From an uncultured Bacilli bacterium (GTDB lineage Bacteria > Bacillota_I > Bacilli_A > RF39 > UBA660): a DNA stretch of 64,000 bases. The stretch lies in the NCBI GenBank assembly GCA_947589735.1, contig CANQCR010000004.1:35925-99924 (forward strand), in the 5' to 3' direction. The notes beneath the pieces are model-generated. The model saw only the letters and a list, made by a program, of their open reading frames with translations. It was not told the origin of the DNA and did not search any database. The position numbers were made by a program, and so were the translations under genes. This document shows, piece after piece, positions 7,663-17,533 of the stretch (position 1 is the first letter of the stretch; the number at the start of each line of letters is the position of its first letter).

Positions 7663-9627
7663 ACTTTTCTTTGATGTGTCATCTTCCTTTATCGTCGGTA
7701 TTAAGGCATCAAGATTATTGTCGAAGGTTGGTTCTGTTCCTTTAACATAATAAAACATTGTTGGCTTTTTAGTTTTACTGGTAGCTGTTTTACCACTAAT
7801 AGGATCAACTAAGACCCCGACGACATTATTAGGAATGGTATACCAAGATACTTCCTTATCGGCAAGATAATCTTCAGCAATATCTCGCCACATATGTCGC
7901 AATTCTTTGCCATTACTAATTTCTGACGGGTGATTGTCATCATAGCCACTCCAAAGACCAATCACAATGTTAGCATTATAACCGAAAACTAAGTGATCAT
8001 AATCAGTAGTGCCTGTTTTAATAGAATATTTATGGGTTAAACTTTTTGTTAGGTCGTAACACGTTGGATAATTATAATCAATAAAATTATAGTTATAAGT
8101 ACTAGTTAAGTTCTCATTCATAATGAAAGCAAGTGAGGCATTTAAAACCGCCTCTTTTTCATCATCATTTTCATATAAAACATGGCCATTCATATCTTCA
8201 ACTTTTTTTATTAGTCGGGGTTTAACCCGGTTACCAAGGTTTGCTAAAGCAGCATAAGCGCCAGTGACATCAATAAGCCGCATTTCTTCACTTCCTAAAG
8301 CAAGTGATGGGACAGCTTCGATATTACCGGTAATGCCAACTCTTTTTAAAACGTTGACAAGCGTTTCTTCACCTAAAAAAAGATGGGCCTTAACGGCATA
8401 GATATTATCACTATAAGCTAAAGCAGCTGGCATCGATATACTTTTATTACCATAATTATTATTGTAATTAGCAGGACTATAAGTTTTATCTTGACCAAAA
8501 ACAAAGGTTGTTTTCTCACTGGTAAAAGTCGTGGAGGCGGTAAAGCCATTTTCTAATCCAGCATAATAAAGAAAAGGTTTTAAAGTGGAACCCATCTGTC
8601 TTTTAGCTGAAATAGCGCGGTTAAACTTACTTACTGCATAGTCTTTCCCACCAGTTAAGGCAATGACATGACCATTATTAGGATCCATCATAACACCCGC
8701 TATTTGCGTTTCCTCATTGGTAATATTATCATCCATAGCTTTTTCTAAAATGCCTTGGGCCTTTTCATCTAAATAGGTATATATTTTTAACCCACCCGTC
8801 TCTAAGAAAGATGGGGGAATAGCTTCAATTTCCGATAATTCATTAATAACCGCATCTTTATAGTACATAATAGTTTTAGAACTATCACTAGTAAAATTGC
8901 CGTAGTAAGTTAGTTCTTCGGCATAGGCTTCATCTTTTTCTTCTTCTGTAATATAATTATTTTTAACCATCGCATCAAGTATCAATAATTGTCTTTTCTT
9001 GGCATTCTCAGGATTGGAAATAGGGGAGTAGTTACTAGGTGATTTGGGAATACCAACTAAAATAGTTGCTTCTGCTAAATCAAGCTCGGAAGCATTTTTA
9101 TGAAAATAATATTGGCTAGCTTTTTCAATCCCATATATGCCTCCATAATTAATGGTATTTAAATATGCTTCTAAGATTTCATCTTTATCATACTGTGCTT
9201 CTAATTCTATAGTTAGCCAGGCTTCTTTTAATTTTCTTTCCCACGTTTTTTCAAATGATAAAAAAAGATTTTTAGATAATTGTTGACTAATGGTTGATGC
9301 ACCTTGCAGCGTTTCTCCACTTTTAATATTAATATAGAGTGATTTAAGAATTCTAGGGAAATCAAAGCCAGCGTGTTTATAAAACTTTTTATCTTCAATT
9401 GCAATCGTCGCTTTGATGACATGCGTGGAAATATCTTTTAGACTGACGGCGCGATCATTTAGACTATCGACTAATTCTTCATTTGCGTCATATATATAAA
9501 ACTTATTGGCTGATTCAATTGGTAATTTCTTTTGGTATCTAGCTATGGCATAGACTGATACATAACTAATCCCGCCAATAACGATTAAAATAAGGCTTAA
9601 TTTTAATAAGAATTTTAGCTTTTTCAT
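7660..9627 (-). CDS. class A (PBP1A family) penicillin-binding protein: glycosyltransferase plus transpeptidase
   Basis: 655 aa with an N-terminal TM anchor. GT51 motifs AIEDKKFYKHAGFD and GASTISQQL are present. Transpeptidase SxxK is present (GSTLKP). Confidence 0.9.
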   Translation of the reverse strand: MKKLKFLLKLSLILIVIGGISYVSVYAIARYQKKLPIESANKFYIYDANEELVDSLNDRAVSLKDISTHVIKATIAIEDKKFYKHAGFDFPRILKSLYINIKSGETLQGASTISQQLSKNLFLSFEKTWERKLKEAWLTIELEAQYDKDEILEAYLNTINYGGIYGIEKASQYYFHKNASELDLAEATILVGIPKSPSNYSPISNPENAKKRQLLILDAMVKNNYITEEEKDEAYAEELTYYGNFTSDSSKTIMYYKDAVINELSEIEAIPPSFLETGGLKIYTYLDEKAQGILEKAMDDNITNEETQIAGVMMDPNNGHVIALTGGKDYAVSKFNRAISAKRQMGSTLKPFLYYAGLENGFTASTTFTSEKTTFVFGQDKTYSPANYNNNYGNKSISMPAALAYSDNIYAVKAHLFLGEETLVNVLKRVGITGNIEAVPSLALGSEEMRLIDVTGAYAALANLGNRVKPRLIKKVEDMNGHVLYENDDEKEAVLNASLAFIMNENLTSTYNYNFIDYNYPTCYDLTKSLTHKYSIKTGTTDYDHLVFGYNANIVIGLWSGYDDNHPSEISNGKELRHMWRDIAEDYLADKEVSWYTIPNNVVGVLVDPISGKTATSKTKKPTMFYYVKGTEPTFDNNLDALIPTIKEDDTSKKS

Positions 9628-9724
9628 AACATCACTCTATTCTACTTTTATTATTCGAAAAAAAATAGAAAATATAAGTTACAATTTATATAAAAGTATG
9701 CTATAATGTTTGGGAGTTGATATT

Positions 9725-10078
9725 ATGGCTAAAAAGCGAATTGAAACGACTTTAAAAACAACGGATAGCGAAGTAAAAAAGAATACTTTGGCTATTGTTA
9801 ATAACAAAACGATTAAGTATCCTGATGATGATGTTTTAGTAACAATTGAATATAATGAAGAAATGTTAACATTAAAACGGGAAAATAACGAATATGAAAT
9901 TATTTTGCCATTTAAGGATCATACTAAATTAATGGGTACATATCGACTTAAAGAAGAAAATCTTATAATGGACTTAGAAGTAGAAACCAAAACTTTATTA
10001 ATAAGTCCTAATCAGATTGAAATAATTTATCATTTAAATGACGAAAAAAGAGAATATAGATTAAAAATAGAGGAGTAG
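9725..10078 (+). CDS. DUF1934 (YwiB-like) beta-barrel protein
   Basis: 117 aa from ATG 9725 (GGGAG RBS). It lies immediately upstream of argS, as ywiB does in Bacillus. The family call rests on size and synteny. Confidence 0.6.
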   Translation: MAKKRIETTLKTTDSEVKKNTLAIVNNKTIKYPDDDVLVTIEYNEEMLTLKRENNEYEIILPFKDHTKLMGTYRLKEENLIMDLEVETKTLLISPNQIEIIYHLNDEKREYRLKIEE

Positions 10079-10080
10079 AT

Positions 10081-11781
10081 ATGATTGATACATTAGAAAA
10101 ACTTATTACAGAAGTATCTAATAAGTTAGGCTATAACATTGCTAAAATGCATATTATTAAATCTAATCGTCCTGATTTGTGTGATTATCAATGTGATGAC
10201 GCCTTTAAATTAGCTAAAGAGTTTCATCAAAATCCGGTGGCTATCGGTAAGGACATTGTTCAAGCTATTAATGAATTAAGTAACTTTGATGATTATTTTA
10301 AAGAAGTCTCTTTTGCCCAACCGGGATTTATTAATATGTCTTTAAGTGATAAGTTTATTACTTCTTATCTTGTTCGGATGAACAAAGATGATAAATGGGG
10401 TATAAAACCTATTTCTAATCCTGAAACATTTGTTATCGATTATGGGGGACCTAATGTGGCTAAGCCTCTTCACGTTGGTCATATGCGAACCGCTATTGTC
10501 GGTGAGGCTATTAAAAGAATCATTAAATATCAAGGTCATAATGTTATAAGTGATATCCACTTAGGAGATTATGGCTTACAAATAGGGGAAGTTATATATG
10601 GCCTTCAAAAAGAAGGTGTAGCTATTTCTGATATCAACATCGCTTTACTAGACCGAATCTATCCTGAAATGAGTGCTTTATGTAAAGAAGATGAAGACAT
10701 TAAAGAAGAATGTGCGACGATTACGAAGAAACTTCAAGATGGTGATGAAGAGTATCATAAATGGTGGCAGAAAATTCTTGAAGTATCAACAGCCGATATG
10801 AAAAGTATCTATGATTATTTAGATGTTCACTTTGATTATTGGTATGGCGAATCGGATGCTTATCCTTACTTAGATGAAGCAACGGATATTTTAAATGCCA
10901 AGCATCTTTTAGAAGAAAGTGAAGGAGCGCTTGTTGTCGATGTAACAAAAGCCGATGATAAAAAGATGGTCCCACCACTTCTATTTAAGAAAAGTAATGG
11001 TGCTTATCTTTATGCTTCTACTGAAATTGCTACAATTATTCAGCGTGTTAAAGATTTTCATCCTGATCACATTTTATATGTTGTTGATTTGCGGCAAGAG
11101 TTACACTTTGAACAAGTTTTCAGAGTTTGTGACAAGGCCGATATTATCGCATATAATAAGTTAGAATATTTGGGCTATGGAACTGTTAATGGTGAGGATG
11201 GTAAACCATATAAGACAAGAAGTGGCGATGCACCAAAGCTTCAGAACTTATTTGATCAAGCAAAAGAAATATTGATGTCTAAATCTGAAATGAGTAGTAA
11301 TCTATCGGATGATGATATTGATAAAATTGTTAACTCTATCTTAAAATTTGCTGATTTAGAAAACAATCGGGAACGTGATTATATTTTTGATATCAGCAAG
11401 TTTTCTGAGGTTATCGGTAAAACCGGACCTTATATCTTATACACATATTTACGTATTCGTAAAATCATTGATGACAATGCCTTTGATTATAATGCTTTAA
11501 CAAATGTCATCTACAATGTGTATGACCGTGATTTACGGTTGAAAATATTAGACTTACCATTCGCCTTTAAGATGGCGTTTGACAGTCGCATGCCAAACTT
11601 TATTGCTGAATATTTATACGATGTGTGTGTTTTAACTAATGTTTTTTACCAAAACAATCATATAAATAATGAAGAAGATGCAGTTAAGAAAAATGATTGG
11701 CTTTGTATTTTAGATATGACAAGTCATATTATTAAAGATATGTTATATCTACTAGGAATTGATATACCAACGACGATGTAG
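10081..11781 (+). CDS. argS: arginine--tRNA ligase
   Basis: 566 aa. HIGH-type motif PLHVGHMRTAIVGEA. C-terminal anticodon-binding domain ending in ...TTM. Confidence 0.93.
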   Translation: MIDTLEKLITEVSNKLGYNIAKMHIIKSNRPDLCDYQCDDAFKLAKEFHQNPVAIGKDIVQAINELSNFDDYFKEVSFAQPGFINMSLSDKFITSYLVRMNKDDKWGIKPISNPETFVIDYGGPNVAKPLHVGHMRTAIVGEAIKRIIKYQGHNVISDIHLGDYGLQIGEVIYGLQKEGVAISDINIALLDRIYPEMSALCKEDEDIKEECATITKKLQDGDEEYHKWWQKILEVSTADMKSIYDYLDVHFDYWYGESDAYPYLDEATDILNAKHLLEESEGALVVDVTKADDKKMVPPLLFKKSNGAYLYASTEIATIIQRVKDFHPDHILYVVDLRQELHFEQVFRVCDKADIIAYNKLEYLGYGTVNGEDGKPYKTRSGDAPKLQNLFDQAKEILMSKSEMSSNLSDDDIDKIVNSILKFADLENNRERDYIFDISKFSEVIGKTGPYILYTYLRIRKIIDDNAFDYNALTNVIYNVYDRDLRLKILDLPFAFKMAFDSRMPNFIAEYLYDVCVLTNVFYQNNHINNEEDAVKKNDWLCILDMTSHIIKDMLYLLGIDIPTTM

Positions 11782-11803
11782 TTAATATTTGGAGGGATTT
11801 TTG

Positions 11804-12244
11804 ATGAGTTTAAGTAAAATGAAAAAGGAAGATTTAGAGCTATTAACCTATACGGATTTAACAGAATTGATTTTAAAAGAAAAAAAGGGTGCGATGAATA
11901 CAGCGGCTATTTTTAAAGAGATTAGTCGTCTTCTTAAAATGAGTGATGATGAATATACTTCGAAAATAGGAGACTTTTATACCTCACTAACAACCGATAA
12001 AAGATTTATTTTCTTAGATGATACAGCTGAATGGGATTTACGTAACAGACAAAAAGCCCAAGTTATGAGTATTGATGATGAAGATGAAGATACTGAGGAA
12101 GTAGAAACGGAAGAAGAAGAGAGCGAGGAAGAAGAAGAAAATCTTGACGCTATGGAATCTGATGAAGATGATTTAGATGACGATGAAGATGACATTGGCG
12201 ATCTTGCTATCTTAACTGAAGATGAACTAGAAGAAGACAATTAA
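11804..12244 (+). CDS. rpoE: DNA-directed RNA polymerase delta subunit
   Basis: ATG 11804 with a GGAGGG RBS. N-terminal HARE-HTH-like segment (LTYTDLTELILKE...) followed by a long Asp/Glu tail (DDEDEDTEEVETEEEESEEEEE...). Confidence 0.85.
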   Translation: MSLSKMKKEDLELLTYTDLTELILKEKKGAMNTAAIFKEISRLLKMSDDEYTSKIGDFYTSLTTDKRFIFLDDTAEWDLRNRQKAQVMSIDDEDEDTEEVETEEEESEEEEENLDAMESDEDDLDDDEDDIGDLAILTEDELEEDN

Positions 12245-12258
12245 CTAGTTCTTTTTTC
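12224..12258 (+). terminator. probable terminator after rpoE
   Basis: GAACTAG...CTAGTTC (7 bp, 14-nt loop containing the stop codon) followed by T6. The large loop lowers confidence. Confidence 0.4.
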
Positions 12259-12287
12259 TTGTCAAACAAGAGTTAATATAGTATAAT
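12259..12287 (+). promoter_or_regulatory. sigma-A type promoter for prfA-prmC
   Basis: TTGTCA, 17-nt spacer, TATAAT. Confidence 0.6.
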
Positions 12288-12309
12288 TTTGATTAGTTAG
12301 GTGATTAAA

Positions 12310-13365
12310 ATGATTGAAAGGTTACAAGCGATTGAAAAACGCTACTTAGAATTACAAGATGAACTTATGCGTCCTGAAGTATGCGCTGATATTAAAAAAA
12401 TAACCGCTTTAAATAAAGAACAAGCTTCCCTAAAAGAAGCTTATGATGCTTATTTAGAATATAAAAAAGTTCTAGCATCAATTGATGACGCTAAAGAAAT
12501 GCTTAAAGACCCAGAGCTAGGGGAGTTAGCTAAAGAAGAATATGATGCAGCTATCCAAAGAAAAGAAGAATTAGAAGCTAATTTAGAGATTTTACTTTTA
12601 CCAAAAGACCCTAATGATGGTAAAGATGTCATTGTTGAAATAAGAGGCGCAGCCGGTGGGGATGAAGCTAATATCTTTGCTGGTGACTTATATCGGATGT
12701 ATTGTTATTATGCTGAAAAGCAAGGCTGGAAAGTTGAAGAGATTAATGCTGAAGAAGGTACAGCTGGCGGATATTCACAAGTTGAGTTTCGGATAAAAGG
12801 CGATAATGTCTATTCAAAAATGAAATATGAAAGTGGTTCTCACCGCGTTCAACGGGTTCCCGCAACCGAATCCCAAGGCCGTATTCAAACATCAACGGCA
12901 ACCGTTTTAGTTATGCCGGAAGTAGAAGATATTGATATCGAGATTAAAGATAGTGATTTAAGAATCGATGTCTATTGTGCTTCTGGTCATGGTGGTCAAG
13001 GTGTCAATACCACCCCATCAGCCGTTAGAATTACGCACTTACCAACCAATACCGTCGTTACTTGTCAAAATCAACGTAGTCAAATTCAAAATAAAGCGGA
13101 AGCTATGCAAGTTTTAAAGGCTCGATTATATGAAGCGGAATTAGAAAGACAAGATGAAGAACTAGGTAAAGAACGTCGAAGTAAAATTGGAACCGGTGAT
13201 CGTTCGGAAAAAATTAGAACATATAATTATCCCCAAAACCGGGTAACTGATCATCGCATTGGATATTCAACAATGCAACTAGGCCGGGTTATGGATGGCG
13301 ATTTAGATGATATTATTGAAGCCTTGATTACAGAAGATCAAGCTAGAAAGTTAAAAGGAGAATAA
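12310..13365 (+). CDS. prfA: peptide chain release factor 1
   Basis: RF1-specific PAT tripeptide ([10 protein letters not shown]) and GGQ motif ([11 protein letters not shown]). ATG 12310 is preferred over GTG 12301 on RBS spacing. Confidence 0.95.
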   Translation: MIERLQAIEKRYLELQDELMRPEVCADIKKITALNKEQASLKEAYDAYLEYKKVLASIDDAKEMLKDPELGELAKEEYDAAIQRKEELEANLEILLLPKDPNDGKDVIVEIRGAAGGDEANIFAGDLYRMYCYYAEKQGWKVEEINAEEGTAGGYSQVEFRIKGDNVYSKMKYESGSHRVQRVPATESQGRIQTSTATVLVMPEVEDIDIEIKDSDLRIDVYCASGHGGQGVNTTPSAVRITHLPTNTVVTCQNQRSQIQNKAEAMQVLKARLYEAELERQDEELGKERRSKIGTGDRSEKIRTYNYPQNRVTDHRIGYSTMQLGRVMDGDLDDIIEALITEDQARKLKGE

Positions 13366-13384
13366 TCTCCTTTCTTTAGTAATT

Positions 13385-14137
13385 ATGAGTATTAATTATA
13401 GTGATGATGAATTAAAAAAATATAATGAAGAATATTTAAAGCGTTATTTAAAAACAGGTGATTATGAAGATGCTTTAGAAAGATTAAATAAGGGCGAACC
13501 TATCCAATATATTGTTGGGGATGTCTCTTTTTATGGTTATCAGATTAAAGTTGACCCTCGTGTTTTAATTCCTCGTTTTGAAACCGAAGAGTTAGTTGAA
13601 AAAACGCTTAAATACCTAAAAGATACAGATATGAAGGATGTTATCGATCTTGGTACGGGTAGCGGTTGTATTGCTATTGCCTTAAAAAAGGAATGTCCAA
13701 ACTTAAATGTTACAGCGGTTGATATATCAAGTGATGCTCTAGCTTTGGCCGAAGTAAACGCTAAAGATAATGATGTGAAAATTAATTTTATTAAAAGCGA
13801 TATGTTAGATGCGGTTACGGGTAAGTTTGATGTTATTATTAGTAATCCTCCGTATATTGCTATCGATGAAGAAATTATGGGTGTTGTTAAAAATAATGAA
13901 CCGCATCTAGCTTTATATGCTCCTAATAATGGTTTATATTTTTATGATTTAATTTTAAAAACGTGTCATAAAAATATCAAAGATAAGTATTTAATTGCTT
14001 TTGAAATAGGGGATAGTTTAGGTGAAGATATTACATCTTTAGCGCATCAATATCTAGGAGACGTCGATGTTCAAATTGCAAAAGATATGCAAGGGAGAAA
14101 TCGTTTTATATTTATTCGAGGTGGCTTATGGAAGTAG
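13385..14137 (+). CDS. prmC: release factor glutamine N5-methyltransferase
   Basis: 250 aa. SAM motif IDLGTGSGCIA and NPPY motif (ISNPPYI). Position after prfA. Confidence 0.9.
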   Translation: MSINYSDDELKKYNEEYLKRYLKTGDYEDALERLNKGEPIQYIVGDVSFYGYQIKVDPRVLIPRFETEELVEKTLKYLKDTDMKDVIDLGTGSGCIAIALKKECPNLNVTAVDISSDALALAEVNAKDNDVKINFIKSDMLDAVTGKFDVIISNPPYIAIDEEIMGVVKNNEPHLALYAPNNGLYFYDLILKTCHKNIKDKYLIAFEIGDSLGEDITSLAHQYLGDVDVQIAKDMQGRNRFIFIRGGLWK

Positions 14138-14751
14138 ATTTATGGCAATATGAAAAAGAATTATATGCTAAAGGATTAAAATATATCGCTGGGGTTGATG
14201 AAGTAGGAAGGGGCCCTTTAGTTGGTTCTGTTATTACCGCTTGCGTTATTTTACCTTCCGATTTTGTTTTAGATGGTCTAACCGATTCTAAAAAATTAAG
14301 TGAGAAAAAACGAGATAAGTTTTATGATTATATCATCAATAACTGTGTTGCTTATGGAATTGGTGAATGTACAGCTGAAGAAATCGATAAGTATAATATA
14401 TATGAGGCTACAAAAATAGCGATGTTAAGAGCGATTGAAGAAGTAAGAAAACAAGTACCCATCGATCATATTTTAATTGATGCGATGCCTCTTAATCTTG
14501 ATATACCAACAACCTCAATTATTAAGGGTGACGCTAAAAGTATTAGTATTGCAGCTGCTAGTGTCGTTGCTAAAGTAACGAGAGACCGGATGATGTATGA
14601 ACTAGATCAAAAATATCCGATGTATGGTTATGCTAAACATAAGGGTTATCCTACGAAAGCCCATATTGAAGCTATTCATAAATATGGCTTAATTGATGGC
14701 TATCGTAAGACTTATGGACCTGTTAAAGAAGTTTTAGAAAAGGAAGATTAA
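14128..14751 (+). CDS. rnhB: ribonuclease HII
   Basis: 207 aa with GVDEVGRGPLVGSV and a DSKKLS motif. Overlaps the prmC end by 10 nt. RBS GAGGTGG. Confidence 0.92.
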   Translation: MEVDLWQYEKELYAKGLKYIAGVDEVGRGPLVGSVITACVILPSDFVLDGLTDSKKLSEKKRDKFYDYIINNCVAYGIGECTAEEIDKYNIYEATKIAMLRAIEEVRKQVPIDHILIDAMPLNLDIPTTSIIKGDAKSISIAAASVVAKVTRDRMMYELDQKYPMYGYAKHKGYPTKAHIEAIHKYGLIDGYRKTYGPVKEVLEKED

Positions 14752-14752
14752 A

Positions 14753-15682
14753 ATGAAGAGATTATTAATTTCCCATATTGCTGATCCGGATGGTATTATG
14801 CCAGTTATTCTAACGGATTTAGTTTTTGATGATTATGATTATAAATTGTTAGAAGCTAAAGATGTTGATGAGTATATGAAAGAGTCAATGCAAAATGATA
14901 CATTTAGTCAGTATGATGAGATTATCATTACCGATTTAAGTTTTAGCGTGAGCGTAGCTGATATGATTAATAATAGTCCCCTTAAAGATAAAATCCACCT
15001 TTTTGATCACCATGAAGGGGCATTAGAATTAAATGCTTATCCGTTTGCTAAAGTTATATCGGAACAAAATAGCAAAAGAGAAAGTGGGACAACGATTTAT
15101 TATAATTATCTTTTAAATAACTATGATAATGCTATTATTAGAAAAAAATGTGTCAAAGATATGGTTGAACTTGTAAGAGTGGGTGATACTTGGGATACCT
15201 CTAGTCCTCTTTTTTTAGAGTCGAGAAACTTAGGGGCTTTACTTGCTAATTATGGCATATTAAAGTTTATTTCTAAATATACTAGTTTTTTAAGAGAAAG
15301 TGATACCTTCTATTTTGATGCGACGGAAAAGACGATTTTAGAAATTGACGAACGGCGTAAAGATGAATATATTGAAAACTTAAAAGATAAAGTTATTATT
15401 AGAGATGTTCAAGACTATAAAGTGGGATTTGTCTTTGCTGAACAATACCGTAGTGAGGTTGGTAATACACTTGCTAATTATTATAAAAATGAGGTTGATC
15501 TAATTGCCGTTATCAATTTAAATCGTAGCTTAAGTTTTCGTAGTTTGGATGATAAGGCTGATGTTAATGCCTTTGCTAGTTTATTTAATGGTAAAGGACA
15601 CATTCACGCAGCGGGTGCGCCTATTCCTTTAGGATTTAATGAACACCTTATTGATTATTTAATTGATATGATTAGGAAGTGA
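14753..15682 (+). CDS. DHH family phosphoesterase (NrnB-like)
   Basis: 309 aa with DHH motifs HIADPDG, ITDLS and FDHHEG, plus a DHHA1-like GKGHIHAAG. Confidence 0.75.
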   Translation: MKRLLISHIADPDGIMPVILTDLVFDDYDYKLLEAKDVDEYMKESMQNDTFSQYDEIIITDLSFSVSVADMINNSPLKDKIHLFDHHEGALELNAYPFAKVISEQNSKRESGTTIYYNYLLNNYDNAIIRKKCVKDMVELVRVGDTWDTSSPLFLESRNLGALLANYGILKFISKYTSFLRESDTFYFDATEKTILEIDERRKDEYIENLKDKVIIRDVQDYKVGFVFAEQYRSEVGNTLANYYKNEVDLIAVINLNRSLSFRSLDDKADVNAFASLFNGKGHIHAAGAPIPLGFNEHLIDYLIDMIRK

Positions 15683-15686
15683 TTTG

Positions 15687-16211
15687 ATGAAGATAGAAAC
15701 TCTTGTTGTTGGATCAATAGAAACGAATTGTTATCTTCTTAGTATTGATAATCATCTTTTAATTATTGATCCTGGTGATGATGCTTCTAAAATAAAAGAA
15801 GCTATCAAAGATAAAATTATCGATGGCGTTATTGTTACCCATCACCATTTTGATCACGTAGGAGCGCTCTTTCTTTTTTCTGAAGAGCAAATATATGACT
15901 ATCATAATTTGAAAGAGGAAGAAGTAACTTTAGGTAAGTTTACTTTTGATGTCCTTTACACACCGGGTCATAAAAGTGATGCGATTAGTCTTTACTTTAA
16001 GAAAGATAAAGCTTTCTTTGGCGGTGATTTTATCTTTTATGAGTCCATCGGTAGAACGGATCTTGAAACCGGTAACTTAAGTGAGATGATGGAAAGTTTA
16101 AAGAAAGTAAGCTTTATTCCCGGAGATGTAACTATTTATCCTGGTCATGGTATGACGACAACGTTTAAACATGAACGGGAAGCTAATTTATATTTTAGCG
16201 AAATTAAATAA
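15687..16211 (+). CDS. MBL-fold metallo-hydrolase
   Basis: About 174 aa with THHHFDHVG and downstream TPGH/GD motifs. ATG 15687 follows an AGGAAGTGA RBS. Confidence 0.85.
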   Translation: MKIETLVVGSIETNCYLLSIDNHLLIIDPGDDASKIKEAIKDKIIDGVIVTHHHFDHVGALFLFSEEQIYDYHNLKEEEVTLGKFTFDVLYTPGHKSDAISLYFKKDKAFFGGDFIFYESIGRTDLETGNLSEMMESLKKVSFIPGDVTIYPGHGMTTTFKHEREANLYFSEIK

Positions 16212-16217
16212 TGATTA

Positions 16218-16246
16218 TTTACATTTTAACGTAAATATGTTACAAT
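16218..16246 (+). promoter_or_regulatory. sigma-A type promoter for the Phe T-box leader
   Basis: TTTACA, 17-nt spacer, TGt-TACAAT (extended -10). Confidence 0.55.
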
Positions 16247-16252
16247 GTGTTT

Positions 16253-16468
16253 GTTTTGAAAGCCAAGATGAAAGAGTAGTAGGTAAGTAATTAACTAAAA
16301 GAGAGTTAATGGTTGGTGGAAATTAACAGTTAATCTTAGTGAATTCACTTTCTAGCGTTATAAAAGAAAATTTATAACGGTGACGCGTTATAGTCATAGA
16401 GTGCATAATCGTATTATGAAATAGGGTGGTACCACGCTCGGGCGTCCCTATACCATAATACTTTTTTT
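16253..16468 (+). promoter_or_regulatory. T-box leader (phenylalanine specifier UUC)
   Basis: AGAGAG box and distal loop TTAATGGTTGGTGGAAATTAA are present. The specifier context is GAA-TTC-A (TTC at 16344-16346). The T-box AGGG-TGGTACC-ACGC-tcgg-GCGT-CCCT lies at 16423-16449. A U7 tract lies at 16462-16468. Confidence 0.85.
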
Positions 16469-16483
16469 GTTAGGAGGGATAAA

Positions 16484-17533
16484 ATGCAAGACTTAGATAA
16501 TATCTTAGAGAAGTTAAAAGAAGAAATTAAAAAGGTAAATGATGAAATAGAACTAAATAATTTACGTGTTACTTATTTAGGTAAAAAGGGTAGTATTAGT
16601 GCTTTATCAAGTCAAATTGGCTCTTTAAAACCGGAAGAAAGAAAAGACTTTGGCGCTAAATTAAATCAAGTTAAAGAAGAAGCTACGACTTTAATTGATG
16701 AAAAGAAAAAGGAAATCGATGAACGCGTTTTAAATGAAAAATTAAAAAGTGAAGATATCGATGTAACGTTACCAGCGACAAGTATTAGTGTTGGAGCTCC
16801 TAATATTTTAGAGAAAGTTGTTGAAGATGTCGAAGATGTCTTTATGTCAATGGGCTATGATGTTGTTGATGGACCGGAAGTAGAAGAGGATCACTACAAT
16901 TTTGAACTTTTAAATATTCCTAAAGGCCATCCTGCACGTGATGCCCAAGATACTTTCTATATTGAAGATGATACTATTTTACTTAGAAGTCAAACTTCGC
17001 CCGTTCAAGCGCGGACAATGTTAGCGGCCGGTGGGGATAAGCCTATTAGAATGATTTGTCCTGGTAAGACTTATCGCCGTGATGCCGATGACGCAACGCA
17101 TTCCCATCAATTTATGCAAATTGAAGGCTTATTAGTTGATAAAAATATCAGTTTATCTGATTTAAAAGGTACTTTTGATGTTATTGCTAAACACTTATTT
17201 GGTGAAGACTGTGAGACGCGTTTTCGTCCAAGTTATTATCAATTTACGGAACCTTCCGTTGAAACAGATATTTCATGCTTTGCTTGTAAAGGTAGTGGTT
17301 GTGCTTTATGTAAAAATACCGGTTGGATTACGGTAAGTGGTGCTGGTATGGTACACCCTAACGTTTTACGTAATTGTGGTTATGACCCTGAAGTATGGAC
17401 AGGTTTTGCCTTCGGCTTTGGCGCTGAGAGATTAGCAATGTTAAAGTATGGTATCGATGATATTCGGACATTTTATCAGACAGATTTAAGAGAAACACAC
17501 ACCTTTGATAGAAGGGATGATAATAATGATTAG
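16484..17533 (+). CDS. pheS: phenylalanine--tRNA ligase alpha subunit
   Basis: 349 aa with class II motifs (FRPSYYQFTEPS; GFAFGFGAERLAML). AGGAGGG RBS. Confidence 0.95.
   Translation: MQDLDNILEKLKEEIKKVNDEIELNNLRVTYLGKKGSISALSSQIGSLKPEERKDFGAKLNQVKEEATTLIDEKKKEIDERVLNEKLKSEDIDVTLPATSISVGAPNILEKVVEDVEDVFMSMGYDVVDGPEVEEDHYNFELLNIPKGHPARDAQDTFYIEDDTILLRSQTSPVQARTMLAAGGDKPIRMICPGKTYRRDADDATHSHQFMQIEGLLVDKNISLSDLKGTFDVIAKHLFGEDCETRFRPSYYQFTEPSVETDISCFACKGSGCALCKNTGWITVSGAGMVHPNVLRNCGYDPEVWTGFAFGFGAERLAMLKYGIDDIRTFYQTDLRETHTFDRRDDNND

Noticed and set aside
11977-12240. 87-aa Ser-rich ORF on the minus strand
   Set aside because: It is the antisense shadow of the GAA/GAT-rich acidic tail of rpoE. 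There is no RBS, and its composition is an artefact of the complement.
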